Made by a program: the position numbers and the translations under genes. Under the pieces are notes generated by a model. That model saw only the letters and a program-made list of their open reading frames with translations. It made no database searches and was not told the DNA's origin. This document shows positions 12,601 to 25,483 of a stretch of DNA of 64,000 nucleotides, piece by piece. Source of the stretch: Nemertoderma westbladi (lineage: Eukaryota > Animalia > Xenacoelomorpha); contig JAUCBJ010005335.1 of NCBI GenBank assembly GCA_032718475.1, positions 1-64,000 on the forward strand, written 5' to 3'. Positions within the stretch are counted from its first letter, which is position 1. Each line of letters starts with the position of its first letter.

Positions 12601-14664
12601 TATAACCAATGAAGTCTGTCAGTTCAGCGTCTTCGTTACCAACAGAGTAGCTATTATACTCAGTCGCACGACGATGGATCAATGGAGACATTGCCCCGGA
12701 ACGATTAATCCAGCGGACATCGCTTCCAGGGGAGCAACTCCACAAGAACTGGTAGATACTCCAGACTGGTTAGGTGGACCCGACTTCCTCTACAAAGAAG
12801 AAGAAGAATGGCCTCCTCATCTTACTACAGCAGAAATTAGACAGGCCAAGGGAGCGGAGAAAGTCAAACCTAAAACTCAGGCGAGTAAATCGAAGTTATT
12901 CAAACCCACAGTGGATCTGTCTGTACTACATACTTCCGGAGACGACGCTTTGGATCAGAAACCCACAGCCACAAATAAACCCATTGTGGAAATCCGTGAT
13001 AAGGATTGGAAATCTGGCATACCAGACGTCTCGCAAGGACTCTCACCCCTTCTGCAGAGAGCGATACATCACTACAGTTCCTGGAATCGGCTCTGTAAGG
13101 CCGTTACATATTTAAAGAGATGTTTTCACCATCACTACTCTGGGATGAAAACAAAGGGTGATACCGCTCCAATCACATCAGTGCAGGTCCATGTTATTAA
13201 AGACCTTCCTAAGTATAAGGTACCCGACAAGTTTCTGAAGGAGAAGATCAGTTATCAGGAGCATGAAGAAACCAACAAACAGATGCTGAGACTCTTACAA
13301 TGCTATGAAGATTCCGATAAGTATTTCCTGTTGTTGAAAAATCCACAGATGCGCTTAAGGGATCGTTTCTCTAGCACAATGATAGATGGGTTGATACGTG
13401 TTGGAGGAAGGTTAACGAATGCCCCATTATCCTTTGATACTAAGTTCCCCATACTCATTAGAAATCTTGAAATACAAGTCAAGATGATTGTAGATGTTCA
13501 CAGCAAACTTTATCATGCTGGTAGAGAACGAGTTCTTAGCGAAATTCGAACTCGCTATTATTTTTATAAACCCCGTAGAGCTCTGAACCAAGTTCTTAGG
13601 AACTGTATACCCTGTAGGAAAGCATTCAGTAGTATTATGAACCACCCTTTACTAATACCGGTATGGATTTATTTGGCCCTATTGAAGTATATCGTGCTAG
13701 GACTATAGTCAAGAGATGGTGTGTAATCTTTGTTTGTATGACTTGTAGAGCCATCCATCTCGATATGGTGAACGATTTATCTACCAACAGCTTTCTATTA
13801 AGCTTACGACGACAGATCGCTCGCTTTGGCACTAGTAACACGATGAGATCTGATAAGGGAACCAACTTCATTGGTGCCAACAATGAAATCAAAGCTTACG
13901 TCAAAGATTGGAACCAAAGACAGGTGGACGACCAACTACGAGTAACAGCGTCTAGTTGGACCTTCAACGCCGCCGACGCCCCTTGGTGGGGAGGAAGTTG
14001 GGAGAGATTAATAAGAAGCGTGAAGACAGCATTTCATTTTATAGTGCCTTGCCGCGCTTATCTCACCGACGAACTTTTGCGGACGTTAATGGAAGAAATC
14101 GCCGCCTATCTCAACGAGAGACCGCTTATGCCAGTCTCATCGAGTCCCGATTCCCTGGAAGCGCTAACACCCGCGCACTTCCTACTGAAGAAACCTGTAG
14201 CCATGCTCCCACAATCGGAAATCACAGACGGAGACGAATACTGCCGACAAACTTGGCAACTCATGCAGTTGTTATCCCGTCGTTTCGCTGACCATTTCGA
14301 AAAACATTATCTGCCCACGCTACAACTTCGAACTAAGTGGTTTGCGCAGCAAGAAAACGTCAGCGCTGGAGACATGGTGCTTATTGTCGATGTGGATCTT
14401 CCACGTAAGCGGTGGCAGACAGGTCGTATAATCGAGACGCACATCTCAGATGACGGTTTGGTGCGATCGGTAGAACTCGTCGTCATGCGACGTAACTTCA
14501 AGAAACCGGGAATTGTCTTCGAGACGCAGCAGCTCAATCGCCCGGTGGGACGTTTATGTTTACTGGAAAGAGACAGAGAACTCTCCGGAAACTATGGGAG
14601 ACAAGATACTCTTCCCACGACCACCTCCCTAATCCAACAAACATCTAGGGACTCCCCAACTTAA
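6628..14664 (+). pseudogene. pol: BEL/Pao gag-pol polyprotein of E1, disrupted
   Basis: Fragments 6628-7092, 7102-8784, 8748-10481, 10448-11533, 11537-13708 and 13663-14664 are colinear with E2. Stops at 7090 and 11531; frameshifts at ~8740, ~10478 and ~13640. Confidence 0.93.
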
Positions 14665-16294
14665 CAACGGCTGGAGTGGGTGTGTGACCATATTACTTTA
14701 TATTTGTATTTGTTTTATTTTTATATTTATGTATGTAGTATTATGTAATTTTATTTTAATCGTTTTATTTAATTTTATTTAGTAACATGTTATTTTAGTG
14801 ATCATTTAGTAGATTAGTGCAATATATTAGTGTTTATTACGTACGTAATTACTTAAAATATATATTTAGTGCGACGGCGAGAAATAATTATTTTTCTCTT
14901 TCCTTACTGTCCGTATCATATTATAAATACGTGACTACAGTAAGATGAAATATCCGTACTTATTAAAGTACAATAAAGCCACTACTATATTCAAGTATTA
15001 TTGGTAGGCAGAGTATTAGGAATGCAAAGTTCAGATCCTCGTGTCTCGGCTAAACCAAGCTCTGGGTAGACCTTGGAAACGACTTGCCTCTTCACACTGA
15101 CATTGCTTCGTGCGATATTGCTCTCATACCGTATATTAAATAATACATATAGTAGCGTGATGTCCCTTTAACAGTAGCGTATAACGCAAAATAAATCTGT
15201 TGAACCCTTTGACCATCTGCAATTCTAGTCGATTAAGATATCGCGGCACCCACCGATATACTTGAAAGACAAAATTCTAGAATCAGTGGTTAACGTTCTG
15301 GAATAAACTGGTGCCCATCCTAAATATTAATTATTAATATTTACAAAATCTGTCAAATTTTAGATCCTTTAACATTCTAGTCGATTAAGATATCGTAGCA
15401 TTTACCGATACTCTTAAAAAGACAAATTCATAGAATCAAGGATCCCAGTCCCCAGATATGCTCTGGAATCAAATTGTGTCTATTTAACATTAAATAATAA
15501 AATTTACGGGAATAAATTTAAATTCAGATATTTCAATGAATTTAATAAATTGTCATTTTGTACAATTTATAACATTCCCAAAATTCCATTAATTAATAGA
15601 TCATGGGAGCGGAGATTCACTCTATTAAGTGTATTTGTGTGCGAGAATCTCCAATGTATAGTCAATAGCCGATAAAATTCATAGAATCATGTATAAAGGG
15701 GATATTGACCATTAAAGAATTACTATTAAATAGCATCCCAGATCTGTATGCATGAGAATTACCCTAATTCTACCGCTAGCTTTCCATAATGTCACCATGG
15801 CAACAACCACGCTAGAATTAGAAGTGAGTTAAAAGAACAATAGAAGGCATGCCCCATTGAATAGCATAGGGAATAAATAGCGCACTGCTAGTATCCAAGG
15901 ATACATAATAAATACAGTGACATTCTGGAAGGTACTGACTAACGGACAAATGGCCCGAATGTGTGCAGTTTGTTGCAGTTGTGTTGAATTTGTGCGTTTG
16001 TAGGTGAATGTTACTACTAAGGTGTGTTTACAGTAGCGAGTCGCAATTGTGAAAGTAACCCTAACTCTCCAAGAAGAACCTGCAGTACATCTAAGCCTTT
16101 GGGACGGACAGTTAAGTGACTTGTGCCGGTTATCGTTGTCGTTGTGTAGCTACATCGTTGGCGAAAGCACAGCGACGACGGTACATCAGCGCTGAGGATC
16201 TTACACTGTCCGGGGGCAAAAGAGGGGTAGGCAGCGACGCCCGCTAGCCTAATATATATAAACTCATTATAATATTGATAAACTCATAGCAGAT

Positions 16295-19200
16295 ATGACT
16301 GAGTTGATAGAAGATGATCTTGGCATCAGGGAGCGATATACTCTACCTTTACAAGCGTTTGTCGATAGCTTGATACGCGGCGATGCTGGTCCAACTACTA
16401 CGGAGGATGATGGTCGTTATATCGAACCGCTAATGTCCCCGGAGCAACTTACGCGTGAATTGGACTATAGAAAGTTCACCGCTCGCTATACGCATCGTAA
16501 TGGTACGTATATGGACTTCTTAACCACTGGCCATCCTATCGATTTACACGACACGGACGATGTGGATACCGAAAGGGAAATGGTTTTATTTAAATATCAT
16601 ACCCAGCGGAATCGGAACGATAAGCCAAGAATAGAACACGAGAACTCTATTCGAAACAGACTCGAAAGAGAAGACGTTGAAGAGCCGGATAAACGTAACG
16701 ACTTCAACGATTATCTGGAATTCTTGAGAGAAACATACCTCAATATTGCCAGTCAACAGAATCTCGAAACTCGATATCCTCAAGGTATATATCATAATCC
16801 TATGATAGAACTCAAACGACTCTATTTCACTATGATGTATCTTACCGCCGATCGACCGCTACCCGTTGTCCCGGATAGCTTCGAACAGATGGAGGAATAT
16901 TGTAAAACTGGAGAACGATCACCCGCGTTTCCTCTGCAAGACATGCGTCTTTGGTATTACTGCGACGAATGCCCTAGACCCAATCAGCAAACGGAAAGAC
17001 ATAAACATCCGCGGAGACGTTGCGCTAAACACAGTTTTACACGATATACTTACGGGAGTTTCGAGCGAAACCTGTTCGACGTGTCCCCTGCGGTCGCTCG
17101 ACTCAAGCGATCCTTGAACAAACCGATGATCAGAGTTCCGGAATACTCGGTCAGACCTCCGCATTCCTCAGTTAGACCTCAAACTCTTGACCCTAATAGT
17201 ATCACGGATCCTCCCGAACTGTACTCACTGTTCAAAGATCTAGTGTTACCCGAACAGTTGATCGGTGGCACTCCGGTAGTAGGCTCACGAGACATTCGCC
17301 AACCCTACCTAGCTGGATTGGGACGTGGTCATCTAATATCACCATTTAACCCATACAACCGTCCCGGCTTCACCTCTATCCAACCCGTTACGGAAGTCGA
17401 AGAGAGCGTCGTACGAAATGCATTAGACGCTATTTGGCAGAAAATCGGAAAGGGAACGTACGATTGTTTGGAGAAGCGTAAATTGCAGCAACAAGTCCAA
17501 GCGGTGAAGGAATTAGCTTTACCCCAGTTCGATAGAGAAATACAAAATCTCGAGGAGGACATCGAACGTGGAAGAACCTACTCTTTACAAGAGTTTCTAG
17601 ATGAGCGTCTACAACAACAAGCGGAGGAGAATCAGCTCGAGGAGAGACATATAGAACTGGATGAGAGAGAAGAAGCGGCTTTAGCTCAACCCGAAGTGCA
17701 AATCCTTATGACGGATCTCTACTCTAAAACCATTCTTCATCCCTCGATGGCTCCCCATTTCGGAGACAAACTTTTTGCGACGGCACAACCCCAACCGGTT
17801 GATATCAACCTAAGATCTCGCGATCTTATCGCCGACGCTCCTCTGTTGCAGCGTCCGCCCATCGAACCCGCTCGTGTCGATGGTATACTCGTTGAACCTC
17901 CGGACAATAGAGCAGATCTTGTCCGTCGCATGGTACACGATGTAAACATACGCGCTAGACCTTTACCGGACTCGTTTTATGGGATCAAAGATCACCCTTA
18001 TTACGTCAATCTAAAACAATATTACATGGTAAAACCGGAAGATCCTACACATAGTCTGAAGTTTCTACCGTTAATAAATCCTCTCGATATTGTCGAACTC
18101 GAACAACTGCAGAAACATCTGGATCAGTTAGTTAAAGTAAACTCGTTTTGAAAACCATATAATGTTTCCAGGATAGAGAAAGAAACAATACCTCCGTATA
18201 ATCTTGATGGATTCATCAAAACTCGTTTAGTGCACTGGAATCTTGATGTGTTATTCGAGGAGGAAAGAATACAACAATATGGAGATGTGGAAACATATAC
18301 CACACAATATTTAAAGTATAAAGACCTGCCTAATGCTAGCGAATGTGCTACCTTGTGGCATCCTGTGGGAATGACACTCGAAAACGCCACTAAAGAATAG
18401 AACGAAACTCTTAACGTTATCGAGATGTATGGAGTTGTCACTTATGATAACAAAGGTAGCGTTCCGGTTGGAGAACTTGGAACTACGCGGATGATACATA
18501 TACGAGGACTCGCTGGTTCTACCCACGTATTTACTCGAGCGTGTTCCGACGTTATTGATTATTCTTTTGAAACTCTTACTGAGATACAAAAGAAACTCCG
18601 ACATGGACAATTTGAACTCGCGCAGCGTTACGTCACCGACACCGAGCGCAAGCCGGCCATGGGTATCGATGGATCGATGTTACCCCAACCCGTGCTCGAG
18701 ATGCTGTTTAACGAAGGAATCCTTAAAATCGGCTCAGCTGTTTATGGAGACCTACAGAACGACTTTCGGAATATGGAGAACATTCCATACCCCTTCGTTG
18801 ATACTCAGCTGATTGCTCCTTGGGCAGAAGGCCGAGGTTTCTTCCGCACTACGTATGCCAATACACCCAACGGAATTACCAAAGTACAACGAACCTCCAT
18901 TGGACATCTTGCCTTTCAAGAATACGGATGGAATTTCAAGGTTGGAAATCCTATAAATTACCAACAAGTATACGGAGATCATTATTCTCGTTTATACTTT
19001 GATGGACCATTGACCGCACCTGGCGCCGTGTATAGCTTTATGAGTGTTCCACTTCGTCCCTCCTTAGCCATATACACGATCTTTGAAAACGCAGCACTTG
19101 CCGGTTGGCTAGCCGATGTGTGCAGTCGTACCATACGCGCCCATCCCTTAATACTTGGAACCAAACTCACCAAGTTAGATGAACACAATAAATTCATACG

Positions 19201-20548
19201 CTTTGAATGTTTCAGGCGCTTTCTGACTCCGTTCCGTAACGTTGATAGTCAGTTCAAGGACTGCGCTCTGACCAAACTCAGCCTGAGAGACTCGGCGGCG
19301 GAGAAGCTAAACAGCGCGGGATTTGCCCTTTTTCAGGACGTTTGTATACAGAACTTGCACTCATCTGTTATACAAAGACCCCGAATACCCACGGGTTATT
19401 CTGTCGTCGAAGTTCAGACAGTGGGTCCGCTTGCGGAGACAGCCGCACCTACCTCAGCTATGCAATTGGAAGACGAACCAATATGCTTAGAAGCTGAAGC
19501 GATTCAGCCTACAGCGCCCCGGAGCAGCGATAACGACTACGTCTTAGAGTGGTATCAAGGTCCATAATGTCTCACCGCATACGATTATCGACACGCTAAC
19601 TATGTTTCTCGAAAACGTTGTCGATTATGCGCATCGAGAGACCATTTCACTCCTATGGACTCAGACGTACCCTGTTCCTATTTCCACGAACAACCAATGA
19701 TGGAGATATATTGTGCGTATTGCAGACTTAATAACTCTCATATTTTTGCAGTCTGCCCCCAATTTATGACTCAATGCCACCACTGTCAACTTAAAGGACA
19801 TGCCAGTTATAATTGCCCCTTTAATCACGATTTAGAGAGCGTAGATGAAATGATTACCCTTCGCTACATCCGAGCTTGGGAAGCTAACGCGGATTTACAC
19901 TGTGAGTCCCGTCATCGATACTACCCTGGACGCTCTTACGAGGGAGTTTACGCGTTCCATCCTTATTTATTAGCGTCTGTGGAACAAAAAACACGCATAC
20001 CGAGTTACGAGCTAATGAAGCGTGTTGGTGAGTGTATTTCCACTAAATTTGTTAGAAGATACCTTAGAAACGTCAATCCTAACGATATTACTTCATACCA
20101 TTTGATCAATTATATCCGTCAAGACCCTGAGTATGGCGATTTATTTATCAACTCGCACCCTGAGTTACAGGAAGTATCTCGACGGCCCTACGAATATCGA
20201 GCCCGAGAACGCGAGCTGGAAAGAACTATTAAACCAAGGAAGTTTCTCACCACTCACGGTCCGCCTACCGCCATTGCCCAGACAACCCGTCAAGGACCCG
20301 TAGGAGCTGCTGTCCTGAGGCGCGCCCTAAAGGCTGTTAGACCTTGCTCCACGGAAGTTGATATCGATCAACCAGGTACCTCGACCGGCGGATACACCGA
20401 TCGCAATCCGAAACCTTCTGATGCAATTGTATTGCACCCTTCACCCAGGAGTTACAGCCCTCCTAGTAAAGTGGCTCGCCCCAAAGAGAAAAGGACTCTT
20501 ACTAGCCTCAAAAAACTGCGTAAACGCCGTCCACGTAAGAAAGACTAA
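16295..20548 (+). pseudogene. Accessory ORF of E1 (~1417 codons; DEDDy exonuclease-like domain, CCHC zinc knuckles, basic C-terminus), three in-frame stops
   Basis: ORFs 16295-18151, 18425-19567 and 19655-20548 share one frame, broken only by TGA 18149, TAG 18398 and TAA 19565 (E2 has CAG at the last). Confidence 0.8.
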
Positions 20549-20618
20549 CTGTTTAGAGTATTTTTATATTTTAGAAACTGTGATTTGTTGTATTTTATAG
20601 ACTTAAATCCCATTTTCT

Positions 20619-20626
20619 GGGAGCGG
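20619..20626 (+). promoter_or_regulatory. Polypurine tract of E1
   Basis: GGGAGCGG directly before the 3' LTR TGT; identical in E2 (47352-47359, minus). Confidence 0.75.
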
Positions 20627-21782
20627 TGTAAAAGCTTTTGCGTAATTAACCGGTTATTTTCCCTTAAAGTACTCTGTAGTTGGTTTACCAGGCATAAAAA
20701 GGCCGTGTCCTTGCTGTACTGGTGTTTTAGAGGACATAAAAGTCATTTCCTCTGTATTTGTACTTTAGAGGACATAATCCGCAATCTCGTGACGCGATAA
20801 GCTAGATACTCTTGAAAACAGTGTCGCTACCATGACGACGGCTAACAGCTGATATTGCCACGTCGACATTTCTTTGTTTCTTTGTTCTCTCGTTGTTCGG
20901 TTGACCAATCAGAGCGTTTTTTGTCTCTGTGTTGGAGGTGGATACAGAACTCAGTAGTTCAGTGTTATGTTTTTGCCCAGAGCCTAAGAACACCGGCTTT
21001 TGGCACCTCCGTGTTTCAGTCTTTAGTCTTACATTAGTAGGCTTAATTATAGAACGTATATCTGTTATCTAACCAAACGAGCTACTTACTTACTCACTCA
21101 CTATCCATAAATTACTAATATTACTGCTTTTGCTGTCGGTTATTCATTATATTTGTTGATGAAATATTATATCGGAATACTGATCAATAGTCAGATACCC
21201 CACCTTCTTGATATACTAAAGGTTAGAGAGACCGGTTACAGATAAACGATTGCGACCTATGTTAAGTGGTTTGAAGTGAATCTAATGCTATTTCATATGC
21301 CCGACATAAATTATATGTTGCTCTCTTTATACGTGACCAAATTTAGTGAAGGTCGGCAGATTAGTGTGCAGTATTGTGCAGCATTGTGTATGAGTGTAAC
21401 TGATAACAAAGCATCTCCTAAAGAATGCGCCATATACGTGAATCTATAGCCTTTTCGTTGTGTCTAGTTTAAGCCATAACTCTGTTTACATATTTAGAGC
21501 GCCACGTCCTAAAAGGAACTGTTAATATTTCCCGAAAGTGAATAATATTTGTCAGAGATTATATATTACGATCAGTCGAATAATACAGTAGGCTTACACC
21601 ATCAATCATTAAGCTCCGAACTCAGTCTCCCGGGTATATCCAACGGGTGAATGATTGCGCATAGACTGGCTTCGGCTAATGTAGTGTATCAAATACTCGT
21701 CATAGGCTAAAGACTATCTATCATCCAAAAGACATTCTAATTTTGGCAGGTTAAACTGTCAAAGGTCTTAAAAGCGCAAACA
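20627..21782 (+). repeat. 3' LTR of E1
   Basis: Direct repeat of 3213-4368, followed by TSD GGTCC. Confidence 0.95.
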
Positions 21783-21787
21783 GGTCC

Positions 21788-23004
21788 AGCTTAACAAGCA
21801 ACCACGTGACGAACAAGTCTCGGCATTTTTTGGCTACTGCACACCTCTGCTTTTGTCTAAGATGGAACACGTGGTACACGTTCCACAAGACACTGACCTC
21901 TGTTTAGAAGAATTTTTGGACATGTTCGAAACATATCTACGAGGTAAACAGAATGTCTCCTTGGATCGGTTGGAGCTTACCTTATGCCGACAACAAGACG
22001 GCGAGAGTTTCGATGACTTCTATACCCATCTATGCGAATCTGCTGCTACAGCGGGGTTACGTTCCATGGGGCACGATGAGTGGATGTCAACCTTAATAAC
22101 TGTCGGCATACAAAATGAAGAAATTCGACAAGATTTATTGGGTAAATTTCCGGCATTGAACCACGATGAAACCGTAAAATTTTGCCGCTGTGAAGAAGCT
22201 GCAAGAATACATCGAGTCAAGGTGAAAAATGTACTGGCTGGGTCGAGTAATAAATCTTCAATGTTGACAGCTGCTTCATCCACAAACCAAACTACTGGTA
22301 AGAAAAAATATAAGGGCCGATATCGATCGAAGAGCAGGAATAGGAACCCGTCAAGTTCACGAGGCCCTCAAGCGGATTCCTGCACTAAATGTGGTTACGA
22401 TAAACACTATGGTGGCAAGGAGTGCCCGGCAAAGGGAAAAACGTGCTCATACTGTCACAAATCCCATCACTTTGCACAAGTGTGTCGAAATAAATCGAAT
22501 TTCGGCAGTAATAACCGGAACCGTAGCAGTTCTCCAAAACCCTCATCCGCCATCCACATCGCCATGGTTAGGCATTCCGCTACTCCATACGTCTCAGTAA
22601 CGTTATTCGACCATGTAACAAAGAAGTCAGTTGGAGACCAATCTGCAATTCCTGATACCGGTTCCCAGTGTACCATCGCCGGTATAGAGCTGCTCCATAA
22701 CCAGGGAATTGACATCGCCAACATTAATCCACCCAGCGAGGAGAAACTGGTGAGTGTAAATGGGAAAGTATTAAAACAGTTGGGTTGTATTACATTTTGT
22801 ATAGTTCTAGAAGGTAGACAGGTTATTGAGGAAGTAAAAATATGTCAAGATGTTGAATTTATGTATCTGTCCCTCAATACATGCAAAAAACTAGGTATTG
22901 TTCCTTGGAGTTTTCCAAAACCCCCTCCATTATGCAGTGAAATGAGAACTGCGACTCACCTATGCTCTGGTTGTCAATCTAACTGTGTACACCCAAATTT
23001 ATAA
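21788..23004 (+). pseudogene. gag: Gypsy gag 3' part plus protease
   Basis: RQQDGESFDDF, CTKCGYDKH..CPAKGKTCSYCHKSHHFAQVC knuckles, PDTGSQCT protease motif. Confidence 0.85.
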
Positions 23005-23156
23005 AGGGATCTCAACCTATTTTTGTACAAACCTCCCACACAAAGTGGATAAATAACTTACCTAAAAATCCTTCCGACAATGAAATAACAAATATTCGCG
23101 AGGAGTTAATTAAACATTATACAACGGTTTTTGATTCAAATATTGAACTGTGGAGC

Positions 23157-25483
23157 ATGGTAGGCTCTACTATTGGTGATCCCATGAGGATCGAGTTAAA
23201 AGCGGATTTTAAACCCTTTGCAGTTCATGCAGCTCGATCTATTCCCTTTGCAAGGAGGGAGCAAGTGAAGAAGGAGCTGGATGACATGGTTGCTGGTGGT
23301 ATAATTGAACCAGTCGGTGACCGCCCCACCGAGTGGTGCCATCCACTCGTTGTGGCAAATAAACCTAACGGAGGGATTCGAATGTGTGTGGATCTCACAA
23401 ACCTTAATAGACAGGTAAAGAGGGTAATCCACCCAACAAATCCACCTCTTAATGTTGTAGCTGACATTTCCCCAACATCCAAATATTTTACCGTCTTAGA
23501 TGCCAAAAAAGGATATTGGCAAGTCGATCTACACCCAGAAGCTAGAGACCTGACCTGTTTTATAACGCCCTGGGGACGGTTTATTTTTCTCCGTGCACCT
23601 ATGGGTTATATTAATACCGGAGATTCTTATAATTTAAGAAATGATTTGGTATTGTCAGATATAGAAAATATTCACAGACTGGTGGATGACATTTTGGTTG
23701 AGGATAATGATTTTAAGATACATACTGACAGAATATGTACTGTTCTAGAACGTTGTGCCAAACACAACATAACATTAAATGTGCAGAAATTCAAATTTGC
23801 TAAAAGTGAAGTCAAATTTGCTGGATACATAGTCACTGATTGTGGAATTAAGGCTGACCCCAATAAAGTGGATGCAATATCACAGTTTCCAACACCCACT
23901 AATCGATCTGAATTGAGATCATTTATGGGACTGGTCCAGCAATTGGCCCCCTTTTCGAATGAAATCAGTAGTGCTGCTAGTCCTCTCCGTGATATAATGA
24001 AGATGAGGAATGATTTTATTTGGACTGAAAATCATAAAACTGCATTTAATGAGGTTAAAAAAGCCCTTGCAGCCCCCCCCTATTTTAACAACATTCAACC
24101 CAAAATCAGAGATAGTATTAGAAACTGATGCGTCACGTACCAAAGGTCTAGGATTTGCAAAAACTAAACTATTCAGACAGTTTTAGATTACTTCAATGCG
24201 GATCTAGATTCCTCACCGAAGCGGAAACTCGATATGCTACTATTGAGTTAGAAGCCCTCGCAATCTTGTGGGCGACTCGTAAATGCAGAATGTATTTGTC
24301 TGGTTTACCCAATTACATAGTAGTCACGGATCACCGCCCCCTCTTGCCGATTTTTAATACTCATACTCTTGATATGGTGGAAAATGTCCGAATTCAGAAT
24401 TTTAAAATGAAACTTAGCGAATATAATTTCAATTTAATATGGCGAAAAGGGAAGGACCACTGTATCGCCGATGCTCTTTCCCGTGCCCCCGTTTCAGATC
24501 CTGACATGGAGGACGAAAATGAGGGGATAATAATGAAGAATATTTCTGCCATTGCTATACAAGCTGCAGTTACAGCCTTAGATGACTCAGAATTTAATCG
24601 ATCGCCGCCATATGTTGATCCTATTCTAGAGAAAATTAACAACGTTGCCACAACTGATGAGGATTATCAGGCTCTAATTAATGCTGTAAAATCTAACTTC
24701 ACACTCCCATTTACTAATAACTCGTTTGTACAACAGCTGAAGGGTACATGGAATGAATTGTCTATAGACGATAACCTTGTCATATTTGGCCGACGATTAA
24801 TTATTCCTAAAACACTCCGTAAAGAGGTCATTGACCGTTTACATGACTCCCATCAAGGTATTGAGCGGATGAAGCGACGATCACGTGAATCAGTTTACTG
24901 GCCTGGAATCAACAGTGACCTCACTAATAGAGTCAGACAATGTTCTAAATGTCAAGAACGGTTGCCTAGCAACCATAAAGAAACATACTTTGCTGATCCC
25001 CCACCATCTAGAATTTTTGAATCGGTTTCTTCAGACCTCTTCTACTATGGTGGAAAATGTTATCTTACATACGTGGATAGACTCTCAGGGTTCCCATTCA
25101 TAGCCAGATGGGCATCCGACCCATCGGCCTCCCAGGTTATTGCACAGGTCCGTCAATATTTTGTGCAAACCGGAGTACCCGTTCGCATGCGTTCGGACGG
25201 GGGGCCCCAATACCAGTCCAAAGAATTTCGCCATTTTCTTTGTCGCTGGGGCGTTCGTTGGGAGCCATCCACACCATACTACCCCCAATCGAATGGACAT
25301 GCTGAGGTTAATGTGCGGATTTTGAAAAACCTCGTGGCCAAAGCCGATGACGGGCGTATAGACACTGAACCGTTTTTACGTGGCCTTCTAGAACTTCGGA
25401 ATTCTCCAAGAATAGATGGCTGTTCACCTTCCCAAATAGTTTACGGCCACCCGCTCCGTTCACAGGTTCCAGCACACTACAGA
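23157..25483 (+). pseudogene. pol: Gypsy RT-RNase H-integrase, frameshifted and truncated
   Basis: IRMCVDLTNLN, LDAKKGYWQ, LVDD, YATIELEALAI, TDHRPL and integrase core; frameshifts near 24080 and 24155. Confidence 0.9.

Larger units (their letters stand above)
3213..21782 (+). mobile_element. BEL/Pao LTR retrotransposon E1 (18,570 bp) with large accessory ORF
   Basis: 1156-bp TG...CA LTRs; 5-bp TSD GGTCC (3208-3212, 21783-21787); gag-PR-RT-RH-IN order with BEL/Pao signatures (LLDSGS, YMDD, FGDAS, NPADIASRG, GGSWERL). Confidence 0.95.
2111..25483 (+). mobile_element. Ty3/gypsy (Mag-like) LTR retrotransposon, interrupted by BEL/Pao E1 and 3'-truncated
   Basis: 5' LTR candidate, tRNA-Ser-like PBS, gag (CCHC knuckles), protease (PDTGS), RT, RNase H (TDHRPL), integrase (H..H..CxxC, SDGGPQY, SNGHAE). 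Sequence switches to a LINE fragment near 25484; no 3' LTR found. Confidence 0.85.

Noticed and set aside
8740-13650. Programmed frameshifting in E1 gag-pol
   Set aside because: E2 keeps one frame across these regions, so the shifts look like mutations.
15000-15095. Hammerhead ribozyme
   Set aside because: GAAAC is present but the CUGANGA core is not.
16295-20548. env gene
   Set aside because: No signal peptide or transmembrane helix; it has zinc knuckles and an NLS-like tail instead.
22650-23695. PDTG protease and LVDD RT motifs as novelties
   Set aside because: Such variants occur in Mag-group gypsy elements, and this copy is decayed.
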